A stretch of 64,000 bases of DNA from an uncultured Verrucomicrobiae bacterium (GCA_963726745.1 CAVSDR010000004.1:128001-192000); one strand, 5' to 3'; positions 9,527 through 21,635 are shown, numbered from the stretch's first letter. A program made the numbers and translations. Notes: a model not told the origin generated them from the sequence alone.

Positions 9527-11557
9527 ATGCGGTTCCGATTTCTCGTCCTCGTCCTGGCGGCGCTTTGCATCCTTCCCGGTTGCAAAAAAAAGAAGCACCC
9601 CGGAGTCGAAATCGTCCTGAGCGAAGCCGCCACCTCCGTCTGGGACGACAACCTCACCGTCGGCACGCAGTTCGAACTCCGGAACGCCAGCGGGCACCCG
9701 GCCGGGCAACTCCGCATCACCGGCATCGAGGTGGAAGGCGGCACCTACGCGGGACCGGCCAGCCTGCCCACTAACTCGTTAGGCGATCTCCCCGCCGGCG
9801 GCTCGGTGCGCTTCGATGCCTTGTTAAAGATCGCCGGAGCGGATGGCAGCGCTCATCTCCTCACGGTCGCCGGGAATTATCGCGCCGAAGGCAAGGAGCA
9901 CGCCTTCCGCGCGCAACGCCCCATCAATCCCGACAACGCGCCGCCTGGCCCCATCCCGCTCCAGACCGGCACGACGGTAAAGCAAGACCCGAAGACCGTC
10001 CCCTATCCCACCGTCTCGCCCGCACCGCCGCCGTTCGGGCCGAACTCGGAGACGCCCGTCTTTGTGCCCATCGGCCCGCCGCGCCAGCTCTTCCCGCCCA
10101 CGCCCACAGGAACGCAGCTCGGCACTTCCGCAGGCGGCGCCGGCGTGCAGATCCCGCGCAATACCACGATGCGAAATGCCGGCACTCCGCCCGACCCAAA
10201 CGCTGCCGCGGCTGCCCCGGACGGAGTGGTCCTGGCGACCTACAACAGCAACATCAGCTACTCCACCAACGGCGGACAGACTTTCATCGATGTAAATCTT
10301 CTCAGTCCGCAGCCGGGTAACCCGGCGCGCACCACCTTTTTCCCGCAGAGCGATGGCGGCTTTTGCTGCGATCAAGTCGTCGTCTATTTGCCCGGCCAGA
10401 ATCTTTTCTTCTGGCTGCTGCAATACAATCCCATTACCGCGTGCGCGACCAATTGCCCGCCCCAGCCCCCACCGGCTGCGCCTGCCACTTTCCGGATCAC
10501 GCAGACCTCGCGCCTGCGCATCGCCTGGGCGACCCCGGCCGCGGTGGCCGCAGATTTCTGGAACGCCTGGCGCTTCGTCGATCTCACCGGCACCGCCCTC
10601 GGCACGACCAATGCCGAGTGGCTCGACTACCCCGACCTCGCCTTTTCCGACACCTTCCTCTACGTCGGGATCGACCATGGCTTCACCACTCCCGGCCGGG
10701 TCTACACCGGCCGCCGGATCATCGCGCGGATGAGCCTGGCGGATTTCGTGAACCCTGCTGCCGGCAGCATTGGTTTCGGCTTCGCCGAACTCACCGGCTC
10801 CAATGGCTTGAACAAAACGCATTTCATCCAGGGCGCGCCCGGCCGCATGGTCGTCGGCTCGCTCGACGATTCCAGCACGCTGCGCGTTTTCACCTGCCCG
10901 GATAACGAAAACGCCGTCACGCCGACGACCGTTAAAATCAGTCAAATTCCTCAGGGCACGAACTACACCTCGACCGCGCCCGATGGCGCCGATTGGCTCG
11001 CAGTTTCCTTCCCGGGCAACATCACCGGCGGCGTTTTTCGGCGCGTCATTCCCGGTCTCAACCAAGGCTCGCGCGACGAATACCTCTTCGCCTTTGATGC
11101 CGGGGCGAACAGCGGCGGCGGCCGCCCGCGCGCCTACTTGCGACTCGAGACGCTCACGCCCGATGGGAGCAAATACAAAGCGATCGCAGAGTACGACGTG
11201 TGGAATAACGACTACGCCTACGCCATGGGCGGGCTCGGCACCGACGGCAGCCAGATCGGGATCACCCTCGCGGTCGGCGGCGGGACGATCGGCTTCCCGC
11301 AATTTGCCGTCGGCTACAAGGATGATTTCGTCGTCTACCAGGTGACGAACAGCAACGCGACCCAGACGACGCGCTTCGGAGATTACGTCTGCAATCGCCC
11401 CGTCGCTGGCGGGACCTTGTTCGCCACCGAGGTCTACGATGTAGTGCTAAATCCGCTCCCGCCCGGGACCACCAGCGGCACCTGCGCCACCATCGGCTGC
11501 AGCGCGAACATGCGCTTCGTGGAATACGGCCGGCCGCCCGCTCCACCCATCCGGTAG
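9527..11557 (+). CDS. Putative secreted lipoprotein, unknown function
   Basis: Signal peptide with lipobox-like LPGC; beta-rich body, Pro-rich linkers, Cys pairs. Confidence 0.7.
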   Translation: MRFRFLVLVLAALCILPGCKKKKHPGVEIVLSEAATSVWDDNLTVGTQFELRNASGHPAGQLRITGIEVEGGTYAGPASLPTNSLGDLPAGGSVRFDALLKIAGADGSAHLLTVAGNYRAEGKEHAFRAQRPINPDNAPPGPIPLQTGTTVKQDPKTVPYPTVSPAPPPFGPNSETPVFVPIGPPRQLFPPTPTGTQLGTSAGGAGVQIPRNTTMRNAGTPPDPNAAAAAPDGVVLATYNSNISYSTNGGQTFIDVNLLSPQPGNPARTTFFPQSDGGFCCDQVVVYLPGQNLFFWLLQYNPITACATNCPPQPPPAAPATFRITQTSRLRIAWATPAAVAADFWNAWRFVDLTGTALGTTNAEWLDYPDLAFSDTFLYVGIDHGFTTPGRVYTGRRIIARMSLADFVNPAAGSIGFGFAELTGSNGLNKTHFIQGAPGRMVVGSLDDSSTLRVFTCPDNENAVTPTTVKISQIPQGTNYTSTAPDGADWLAVSFPGNITGGVFRRVIPGLNQGSRDEYLFAFDAGANSGGGRPRAYLRLETLTPDGSKYKAIAEYDVWNNDYAYAMGGLGTDGSQIGITLAVGGGTIGFPQFAVGYKDDFVVYQVTNSNATQTTRFGDYVCNRPVAGGTLFATEVYDVVLNPLPPGTTSGTCATIGCSANMRFVEYGRPPAPPIR

Positions 11558-11607
11558 GCGCTTTCCCCGCTCGACTTTCGGCCGCGCCTAACGATACCTT
11601 TCGGGAC

Positions 11608-11928
11608 GTGCGCGCGCGCTGCCTTGCCCTGCTCCTCACTGCGCTCCTCGTCCTGCCCTCCAGCGGTGCCGATCGCAGCGTGGCCCCGATCGTCTCGCGG
11701 ATGGAGCGCCTGCCGGTGGACTCGAGCGCACTCGCCGCTGTGGGCTACAGCCATCGCTTGCATGCGCTTGAGATCGAGTTCCGCGATGGCTTGATCTACC
11801 GCTACCTCGGCGTGCCCGCCTCGCTCCACCAGGCGCTCATGCAGGCGGAGTCGAAGGCGCAATTTTACAACCGAAAGGTGCGCGGCCGTTATCGCTGCCT
11901 GCGCGTCCGGCCGCCGGAAACGCCATGA
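11608..11928 (+). CDS. KTSC domain protein
   Basis: VDSSALAAVGY...LEIEF..G..YRY..VP...LM.AESK..FYN..VRGRY; alternative start at 11701. Confidence 0.88.
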   Translation: MRARCLALLLTALLVLPSSGADRSVAPIVSRMERLPVDSSALAAVGYSHRLHALEIEFRDGLIYRYLGVPASLHQALMQAESKAQFYNRKVRGRYRCLRVRPPETP

Positions 11929-12200
11929 AGCGACCGGTGCCGCGCCGCCAGATCTTCGTGCTCACGCCCGAGGAAAAGAAGGTGGTCGCCTGCGTGCTCG
12001 CGGCCTTTTGCCTGGGCCTCGCGACTCAGCACTACCGCCGCACGCATCCGCGCCCGCCGCCGCCGCTGAGCGCGCGTGAGCAATACGTCGCGCAGAAAAA
12101 TGCCCGGGCCACTGCTGCCCGCGCGCGTTCCGCGCGGGGCCAGGCGGCGGCGAAATTGGCTGCGCGCCCGCCCGCGCCGGAGGAAGAAGATGCTGACTAA
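11925..12200 (+). CDS. Small membrane hypothetical protein
   Basis: IFVLTPEEKKVVACVLAAFCLGLA TM segment; ATGA coupling with the KTSC gene. Confidence 0.65.
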   Translation: MKRPVPRRQIFVLTPEEKKVVACVLAAFCLGLATQHYRRTHPRPPPPLSAREQYVAQKNARATAARARSARGQAAAKLAARPPAPEEEDAD

Positions 12201-12252
12201 ATTCCTCGCCGCGACCGCCTGACTTCCCGCGGAAAACGCGCTATCTCCTCGG

Positions 12253-13293
12253 GTGGCGCGACCAACAGCCGACCAGATGTTCATGCGCGCCGCCTTGCGC
12301 GAAGCCGCCAAAGGCGCCGGTCTAACGAGTCCTAATCCCGCGGTCGGCGCGGTTTTGGTGCACCAGGGAAAGATCGTCGCGCGCGGGCATCATCGCGGCC
12401 GCGGCACGCCCCACGCAGAGATCGCCTGCCTGGAAAAATTCGGGCGCGCGCTGCCCGCCGCGGCCACGCTTTACGTGACGCTCGAACCTTGCTCGACGGT
12501 CGGCCGCACGCCCGCCTGCACCACCGCGCTGCAACGCGCCGGCCTGCGCCGGTTGGTCGTGGGCGCGGTCGACGTCAACCCCGCGCACGCGGGACGCGGG
12601 CTGGAGATTCTGCGACGCGCGGGCGTCGAGGTGGTCGCGGGGGTGCTCGCGGAGGAATGCGCCGCGCTGAACGAAGCCTTCAACAAATGGATCGTCACCC
12701 GACGGCCGTTTGTCATTGCCAAGTGCGGCCTCAGTCTCGACGGCCGGCTCACCCGCCCGCCGGCCGATCCGCGCTGGCTCACGAGCGCGGCGGCGCGCGC
12801 GCAGGCCAACGCTTTTCGCGCGCAAGTAGACAGCATTCTCATCGGCGCGCGCACCCTGCGGGCGGACAATCCCCGCCTGACCGCGCGCGGCCGGCCGGGC
12901 GCGCGCCAGCCGTGGCGCGTGGTCCTGACGCGCTCGGGAAATCTTCCGCGCGCGTCGCATCTCTTCACCGACCAATTTGCCAGCCGCACGCTGGTCTACC
13001 ACGACCAGCCGCTGGCCGCGGTCCTGGACTCGTTAGGCGATCGCGAAATTACCAGCGTCCTCCTGGAAGGCGGCGGCGATATTCTCAGCCAGGCTTTGGA
13101 TGAGCGCCTGCTCGACCGGGTGCACCTCTACTTTGCGCCAGTGCTCGTGGGCGGGCCGGTGGTCGCGTTTGCCGGCCGCGGCGCGGCGGCCACGCTCGAC
13201 GGTGTGCGCCTGCGCGATTTGCACTTCGCGCAGATCGGTGATGATATCTTTCTCAATGCGCGCGCGGATTATTCCGCCACGGGAAACGAATAA
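12253..13293 (+). CDS. ribD: Riboflavin biosynthesis deaminase/reductase
   Basis: TSPNPAVGAV, HAE, TLEPC..GRTPAC, SLDG, LLEGGG. Confidence 0.96.
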   Translation: MARPTADQMFMRAALREAAKGAGLTSPNPAVGAVLVHQGKIVARGHHRGRGTPHAEIACLEKFGRALPAAATLYVTLEPCSTVGRTPACTTALQRAGLRRLVVGAVDVNPAHAGRGLEILRRAGVEVVAGVLAEECAALNEAFNKWIVTRRPFVIAKCGLSLDGRLTRPPADPRWLTSAAARAQANAFRAQVDSILIGARTLRADNPRLTARGRPGARQPWRVVLTRSGNLPRASHLFTDQFASRTLVYHDQPLAAVLDSLGDREITSVLLEGGGDILSQALDERLLDRVHLYFAPVLVGGPVVAFAGRGAAATLDGVRLRDLHFAQIGDDIFLNARADYSATGNE

Positions 13294-13361
13294 TTAAGCG
13301 CAACCTGCCGTCTTAATTTCAGTTCAATCATCAGCAGCAACCAAAGGAGGAAAGACCAGAT

Positions 13362-13682
13362 ATGAATTGGAAAAAACTTCTCATCATTGCCGTGATCGCA
13401 GGCGGCTTCGCTTTCGCCGCGGCTCCGCGCTCGGAGGCTGGCTTGTCGGTCGGCATCGGCGTGGGCGTGCCTGTGGGTTACGGGTATGGATACAGCGGCG
13501 GCTATTACGGCGGCTACGGATACCCAGAGCGGGTTTACTATCCCGGGTCGGCCTACGGCTATGCGCCTTACGGGGGCTATTATGCGCCCGGCTACGTGCG
13601 GGTGGTCGTGCGGCCGCACTATCACTGGCGGAATCATCACCGCGTCTATTGCACCACGCGGCACGGCCGCGGGTGGCGCTAA
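13362..13682 (+). CDS. Small secreted Gly/Tyr/Pro-rich protein
   Basis: SD AAGGAGG, signal peptide, VGIGVGVP, GY-rich region, basic His/Arg tail; followed by a terminator. Confidence 0.8.
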   Translation: MNWKKLLIIAVIAGGFAFAAAPRSEAGLSVGIGVGVPVGYGYGYSGGYYGGYGYPERVYYPGSAYGYAPYGGYYAPGYVRVVVRPHYHWRNHHRVYCTTRHGRGWR

Positions 13683-13697
13683 GCGGAGATCGCCCAG

Positions 13698-13729
13698 AAA
13701 AACCGATCGGGAAACCGGTCGGTTTTTTT
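13698..13729. terminator. Intrinsic terminator, probably bidirectional
   Basis: AAAAACCGATCGG-GAAA-CCGGTCGGTTTTTTT between convergent genes. Confidence 0.85.
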
Positions 13730-13733
13730 GTGC

Positions 13734-14195
13734 CTACTTCGCGGGGGAAGCAGCGGGAGCCGGCTGGCTAAATTGCTGCTTCAAGCGCTCGATCACCGGG
13801 AGCAATTCCTTCTCCCGTCGTTCTTGCATTTCCTGGCGCAGCGCGCGGTCGATCCGGCGCCGTTCCTGCAAGTAAGCGCGCTGGAATTGCTGCCGCTGCT
13901 CGCCCTCCAGTAGCAGGCCCGCGGCCCGCATGGCGTCGTCTATTTCCGCGCGCATCCGTTCGCGGCGAAAATCCTCCCGGAAGCGCAGTTTCTGCCGCTC
14001 TTCCGGCGCCAGCTTGATCCAGCGCTGCATGTTCGCCTTAAACTCCTGGCGCTCTTCCGGCGACATGTTCCGCCAGCGCTCGCGGATCGGCCGTGCCTCC
14101 GGCGTGCTCGCCGCTGGCGACCCTGCCGGGGTCTGCCCGGAGGCGGCCGAGACCAGGTAAAAGCTCGCCGCTAGAGCGAGACCGAATCGTCCCAT
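13734..14195 (-). CDS. Secreted helical protein, DUF3106-like
   Basis: Signal peptide; ERWRNMSPEERQ and RWIKLAPEERQKLR repeats. Confidence 0.7.
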   Translation of the reverse strand: MGRFGLALAASFYLVSAASGQTPAGSPAASTPEARPIRERWRNMSPEERQEFKANMQRWIKLAPEERQKLRFREDFRRERMRAEIDDAMRAAGLLLEGEQRQQFQRAYLQERRRIDRALRQEMQERREKELLPVIERLKQQFSQPAPAASPAK

Positions 14196-14527
14196 AAGGA
14201 GTCGTCCTCCATCGCGAAGAGGTCATCCAGGTCGGCCACGACTTCGTAATCCTGCGGATCGACCGCGGCGACCAGAGCGGGCGGAATTTCCGCGATGGCA
14301 GGCGATTTCGCCTCGTGGAAAAGCGAGAGTGCGCCCACGAACAGGACCAGCGCGGAGGCGGAGATCGGGGCGAGCGCACGCGGCCGCAGCCAGCGCTTCC
14401 AAAAAGAGCCAGCACTTTCAGCCGTGCGGATAGAGCGGAGGACGTTGCGCGCGAAAAAGGGCGAAACGCCGGGCGCTTTTGCCTGGCCCAGCAAGTCCCA
14501 CAGTGGCTCGTCTTCTTCGCGTTTCAT
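14171..14527 (-). CDS. Single-TM hypothetical protein (anti-sigma-like architecture)
   Basis: DEPLWDLLG...SPFFARNVLR, one TM helix, acidic tail DYEVVADLDDL. Confidence 0.7.
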   Translation of the reverse strand: MKREEDEPLWDLLGQAKAPGVSPFFARNVLRSIRTAESAGSFWKRWLRPRALAPISASALVLFVGALSLFHEAKSPAIAEIPPALVAAVDPQDYEVVADLDDLFAMEDDSLWDDSVSL

Positions 14528-14577
14528 GCTTTCGGGAGATTCAACTTCCCGGCGCCGCAAAAGTTGCGCCGACGTCG

Positions 14578-16416
<1,839 letters not shown>

Positions 16417-16486
16417 AGGTTACGGTGGAGGAAAGTGCTGCCGCGTGCGCCCGGAAATATGCGGTCCCGCCGCCCGATAACGACGG

Positions 16487-18304
16487 CTAATTGTCGAGCA
16501 CGCGGGCAGGCGAAAACGCGGAAAGTTGATCGAGCTGTGCCTTCAGGTCAACAACTTGTTTCTGCAGTTGCGTCAGTTCCCCGGCACTGAGCTGCGGGAT
16601 GTGCATCCGGCCTTCCGCGATCTGCAATTGCCGCCGCACCGCGGCGCGTTTCAAGCCGCTCCACCAGTCGCGCGCCACGCCCGCGGCATTCGGCGGCACC
16701 TTCTGCAGGAGCCAGCCGGAGATGAGCTGTTCCTTCCCCGGCGCGACCTGCGTCATGAAAACATTAAGCGAGGCCGGATCGTCCGGGCGCACGTCCGCCG
16801 CGAGGATTTCCGCGAGCAATTCCGCGTCCGGCGTTTGCCCGAGGACCTCGCGCCAGTTCTCCTCCTGGAGGAAAGCGCGCGCCTCCGCATCGCGCAGCGC
16901 CAGCAGGCAAAGCAGCGCGATCTCGTGCCGCGGTGCGGGCGCCGGGAGCATGCGCGCCCGCTCCACCTCCGGGCGGTAGCGCTCGCGCGCCGGACGCGTA
17001 AGCAGCGCCTGGAATTCCCGCGCGGCCACGCCGATGCGCGCGCTCACTTTGCTGGCAATTTCGTCGCGCATGATCGGGTTTTGGATCCGCGCCACGGTGT
17101 CGGCTAATTTCCGCGCGAGCTGCATCTTCGCGCCCAAGGAATCGAGATCGCTCGCGGCTGCTTCCCGTTCGATCCAGTAATCGAAAAAATCGCGCGCCGT
17201 CTGGATGCGCTGCTCGAAGGCCTCGCGGCCCTGCTTGCGCACGATCGAGTCCGGATCCTCGCCCGCGGGCATCTCCGCGATGCGCACGATCAAGTCGTTA
17301 GCCAGCAAGCTCTCGAGCGAGCGCTCGGCCGCCTTTTGCCCGGCGGCATCGGCGTCGAAACACAGGATCACCTCCTGGACAAACCGCTTCAGGATGCGCG
17401 CCTGTTGCTCGGTGAAAGCGGTCCCCTGCGGCGCGACCACGTTAGTGATTCCAGCCTCGAAGAGCGTGATCAAATCGAGCTGCCCTTCGCAGACGATCGC
17501 AGCGCTCGCATCGATGAGCGCGCGCTTCGACTTGTGCAGCCCAAAGAGGACCGAGCCCTTGCGAAAAAGCGGCGTTTCCGGCGAGTTGAGATACTTTGCG
17601 CCTTCGTTCTCTTTCACCAGCACGCGCCCGCTAAAGGCGATCACTTCGCCGGTGTCGTTGCAGATCGGGAACATGATCCGGCCGCGGAAACGATCGTAGA
17701 CTTCAGACTCGTTAGGCCGCTCCTCGTCGCGTGGCTTGACCAGCCCGCTCTGGAGAATCTGCCCGCGGCGATAGCCCGCATCGAGCGCCCAGCGCAGGCA
17801 GGCCTCCCATTCGTTAGGGGCGTAGCCCAGCTGCCAGTTCTTCGCGATCCGCGCATCGATCCCGCGCTGCTTGAGATACTCGCGCGCAGGCGCGGCCCAC
17901 TCGCGCTTAAGCAGGTTTTCCTGGAACCACTCGGCCGCATCTGCATGGAGCGCGAGCAGGGTCCGGCGGATGTCGTGCTGCCGGTCGTCCTCGACACTGA
18001 AGCTGCGCTCCTCGATCACCGGAATGCCGACGCGCGCCGCCAGCTTTTTCACCGCGCTCGGGAAATCGAGATGCTCGTAATCCATCACGAAGCGAAAGAC
18101 GCTCCCGCCTGCACCGCAGCCGAAGCAATGGAACGATTGCCGTTGCGGGCTGACGCTGAAGGAAGGCGACTTCTCCTGGTGAAACGGACAGAGCGCCTTG
18201 AAGCTGGCGCCCGCGCGCTTCAGGGGAAAATACGAGCCGATGACCTCGACGATGTCATTCGCCGCTGCTACCTGCTCGATCGTTTGTGTGGGAATGCTGC
18301 CCAT
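16487..18304 (-). CDS. dnaG: DNA primase
   Basis: CPFHQEKSPSF...CFGC zinc domain, KYLNSPET, CEGQLD, FDADAAG. Confidence 0.98.
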   Translation of the reverse strand: MGSIPTQTIEQVAAANDIVEVIGSYFPLKRAGASFKALCPFHQEKSPSFSVSPQRQSFHCFGCGAGGSVFRFVMDYEHLDFPSAVKKLAARVGIPVIEERSFSVEDDRQHDIRRTLLALHADAAEWFQENLLKREWAAPAREYLKQRGIDARIAKNWQLGYAPNEWEACLRWALDAGYRRGQILQSGLVKPRDEERPNESEVYDRFRGRIMFPICNDTGEVIAFSGRVLVKENEGAKYLNSPETPLFRKGSVLFGLHKSKRALIDASAAIVCEGQLDLITLFEAGITNVVAPQGTAFTEQQARILKRFVQEVILCFDADAAGQKAAERSLESLLANDLIVRIAEMPAGEDPDSIVRKQGREAFEQRIQTARDFFDYWIEREAAASDLDSLGAKMQLARKLADTVARIQNPIMRDEIASKVSARIGVAAREFQALLTRPARERYRPEVERARMLPAPAPRHEIALLCLLALRDAEARAFLQEENWREVLGQTPDAELLAEILAADVRPDDPASLNVFMTQVAPGKEQLISGWLLQKVPPNAAGVARDWWSGLKRAAVRRQLQIAEGRMHIPQLSAGELTQLQKQVVDLKAQLDQLSAFSPARVLDN

Positions 18305-18490
18305 GGTTGGCCGCGGGCAAAATAGAGCGCGCCCGCTCTCCCGCCAACGCCGAGATGCACCAAGGCGTCGGCAATTTAGCCGACGACTTCAAAGGTGGGC
18401 CGGCCCTCAGTGACGACGCGGGGCCTTGGCCATGGCTCCCCGGCCCGAACCACGCCCGTGGAGATTCCCACGGACGTGGTGCGAGTGCCG

Positions 18491-20685
18491 TTAGCGCTGC
18501 GAATCGAGTTTCTGGACCGGAGGCGCGGGCGGGCAGTCGCCCTCGGCGTCGCCGTGATCCAAGTGGCGCCGCAACTCCAGGCTGCTGCACTGGAAGACGA
18601 GCGTCTGGGTCCGCTTGTGACAAACCGAGCAGTTCACCGGCGGCGTGGGTGAAGGAGTCGGAGTCGGAGTCGGAGTCGGAGTCGGAGTCGGAGTCGGAGT
18701 CGGAGTCGGAGTCGGAGTCGGAGTCGGAGTCGGAGTCGGACGTTGGCGTCGGCGTTGGCGTTGGCGTTGGCGTTGGCGTTGGCGTTGGCGTTGGCGTTGG
18801 CGTTGGCGTTGGCGTTGGCGTTGGCGTTGGCGTTGGCGTTGGCGTTGGCGTTGGCGTCGGCTGTCCGCTCCACGGAGCCCTTTTCGCAGGCCGCTTCCTG
18901 CGGGCGCGTGACGGCGTTCTGCGAGGTCGTGATCACCGTCCCGCAGTCGTTCGTGCCCCCTGGGATGGCGTTCACCACCGGACTCATCGGGTTGGGTTGA
19001 TGCGTCAGGGTGCTTCCGCCGTTGTTGGCCAGCGGCCCGAGTTGCGGGTCGGTGCCGGTGAAGTCGTTCGCTAGGGCGACGAAGGTGCCGCCCGAAGTGT
19101 TCTCGACGTGATTGAAGTCCTGCGACGTGATCGTGCCGGCAATGTCCGGCCCGGAAGTTCCGGCGGTGTTGTCGGCCACGATGCTGTTCTTCAGGTTCGT
19201 CGTTCCATTGGCGTCCTGGAAAAGGCCGCCGCCGGTGGTGCCCGCGGTGTTGGAAGCGATCGTCGAGAAGTTCGAGGTAAGCGTCGCCGCCGTTCCGCTG
19301 TTGTAAACGCCGGCACCGTTGTTGGCGCCGTTCCCGCTCACGGTGGAGTTCGTCAGGTTCACCGCACCGAGTCCAGTGGAGACGGCGAAGTTCTCCACCC
19401 CGCCGCCCAGACTGGTCGGCGAACTCACCGAGTTCCCGCTGATCGTGGAACGGGTGATGGTGGTCGTCGCGTTAAAGGTGGCCCCGGAGATGTTCACCAC
19501 CCCGCCGCCTTCACCGACGGCGGTATTCCCGCCCACCGTGCTATTAGTGATCGTAGTCGTCGCCGCCGCCGTCGTCGAAGCGAGCGTCCGGATGCCGCCG
19601 TGGAAGTGGCTGGCCGAGTTGCCGGAGACGGTGGAATTGCTGATCGAGACCGTGGCCTGCTGATTGTAAATGGCACCCGCGAAACCCGAGCCGGCGCCTG
19701 CGGTCACGGTGGAGGAATTCCCGGTCACCGTGCTGCCGGTGATTGTCGTTGTGCCGGCGGTCACGTGCACCCCGCCGCTGAAAGTGTTCGTACCCGAACT
19801 GGTGACGGAGTTCCCGGTGATCGCCGAGTCGGTGATATTCAAGGTCCCGATCGACGAGATGCCGCCGCCGCTGACAGACACGGTCGTGCTCGTATTCGAA
19901 CCGGCATTGCCGGAAACCGTCGAATTATTGAGCGCGATCGTGGCCACGCTATTGCCCATGATTCCGGCGCCGGTCGAACTGCCGGCGGCTGTTCCCCCGG
20001 CGGTGTTATTCGAAACCGTGCAGTTGTTCAGCGTGGTGGTCGAGCCGGTCGCGCCGGAAACCGCGATGCCGCCGCCGCTGGTCCCGTCGTCGTTCTCGGT
20101 AATGACACAACGGTTCAGGGTCAGGTTTGCAGCTCCCGCATCCACGCGGATGCCCGCCCCGAAAGTCCCGGCAGCGGTGGTGTAGCGGCCATACCGCACC
20201 GTGAGGTCATTCAAAACGGCGGTCGTCCCTGGCGAAACAAAGCGGACGTGGAAGACGCGCTCGACCGCGACACCGCGGCTGGTGGCCGCCTGGACGATGG
20301 TGGTCGCAGACCCGGCACCGTTAATCGTGATGTCCGAGTTGATGTCTAAATCGCCACTGGCGTTCGCGTTCTCGCCGGCTGCGGCCAGAGTGGTGGTGTA
20401 GGTTCCCGCCGGGAGAGTGATGATGTCAGCGCCAGCCAGGGCATTCGCCTCGGTGATCGCGGCTCGCAGGGTGCAGGTGCCCGTGCTCGTCGCGCACATG
20501 CCGTCGCCCGGGGCGGCATCGTTCGCGTCGTTGGTATCGTTAACCACAAAGGTCGCGGCGTGCGCGCCGGTCAACGCGAGGAGGGAGATTCCCAGGGTGA
20601 CGGCTCCCCGGAAGGTGTGGTGAAGTTTCTTTGGGCTCATGGGTGTTTGTGGTGGGTGGGTTGGGGGCTGCAGGAACGGCCACAT
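18491..20685 (-). CDS. CSLREA/choice-of-anchor-Q-like beta-helix surface protein with Pro-Thr linker and small Cys/His C-terminal domain (frameshifted in this assembly)
   Basis: Signal peptide, CTLRAAITEAN, GGG(I/V) beta-helix repeats, DPQLGPLANNGGSTLTH. A different frame after the repeat gives (PT)n-VNCSVCHKRTQTL...RRHLDHGDAEGDC...stop at 18491. Confidence 0.75.
18655..18860 (-). repeat. Two adjacent hexanucleotide microsatellites, (GGAGTC)n and (GGCGTT)n, encoding a (Pro-Thr)n linker
   Basis: About 14 copies of GGAGTC then about 20 of GGCGTT; the minus strand reads CCG ACT and CCA ACG = PT. Confidence 0.95.
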
Positions 20686-20939
20686 GAGCCGTCAGGGGGG
20701 CGGAGAGTGAATGAATGCGAACGAATTGTCAGCAATAATCTCCAGACAAGGTGAACGTCACCATACCGGCGAGGGCCGCATTCAGGGAAGAAGACGCACC
20801 CGCAGGAACAGGCCAGGACTGCCGCTGGTCGTGGCGGAAATCTGCGCGGGGCCAGCGCTGCTCGCGGTCAAGTCGCTCGCTGCGCCCGTGGCCGACCAAT
20901 GGGGCGTAGCCGGCAGCTCGGGAAATCCAAACCGTTCAC

Positions 20940-21150
20940 ATCAGCCATCCCCACGGCGATCCCCCGTATCGTCGATTTCATAAGCCCCGCCCGACCGAAC
21001 CCGTTGTCTCGCCGTTAAGTCCGCCCAGGTCCTTGTTCTTCGAGCCCGTGCCGCTAAAGCGCACCGGGTGCAGATTCGCGTTCCCCGCATCGAAAGCATA
21101 GCCGACCACCTGGCCAGAGTGATTCATCGCCGTCGCCGCCGCGATCGTCC
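20940..21150 (-). pseudogene. Fragment of an HAF-type extracellular repeat protein
   Basis: Manual translation ATAMNHSGQVVGYAFDAGNANLHPVRFSGTGSKNKDLGGL, then after a frameshift AYEIDDTGIAVGW; no complete ORF. Confidence 0.55.
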
Positions 21151-21600
21151 CACCTCACGTCCCCAGATCCGTCGCCAAGGGATACCTCGCCCGCTCCCGC
21201 CGCCCGTCCCGGAGCGGAGATGTTTTAAGCCAAAACCAACCCACCGACCCAGCGCCGCGTCCGATTCTTTCTTGGTAAGACTTGGGTGATCATGGGCGGA
21301 TGCCCCCGGGAAGTGTCCACCCGCGATAGGCCCGCTTACCAAAGTCGCCGCCGCCCGCGGCCGAGCATTGTCCCGCCCGCCACGCTCAAGGAAAAAATCC
21401 TCGCCTTTGAAACCGGGATTCACCTAATACCCGTTAGTCGGCTGAAGCGCGCCACCTCACCCACGCAGCCAATATACAGGCGGATGAAGATACCTCCACC
21501 CCTCGTCGCTTCGACTGCCCTTATGCTTACCCCTCGACGCCTCTTTCGCCTTCCACTCCTGCCCGTGATAGGTGTAAAAAATTACGCCTTTGAAGACGTA

Positions 21601-21623
21601 GTTACGTCTAATTCTCGTTAGGT
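21601..21623 (+). mobile_element. attI-like integron recombination site
   Basis: GTTACGTCTAATTCTCGTTAGGT: CTAA inner site plus GTTRRRY core just upstream of the first cassette ORF; no attC hairpin upstream. Confidence 0.6.
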
Positions 21624-21635
21624 CTCAACCGCGCC

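Noticed and set aside
18286..19074. Plus-strand ORF with (ES)n(GV)n repeats, and the (AN)n(RL)n tail
   Set aside because: Shadow or out-of-frame readings of the PT-linker microsatellite
21124..21621. Integron integrase upstream of attI
   Set aside because: The short ORFs here show no R-H-R-Y tyrosine recombinase motifs
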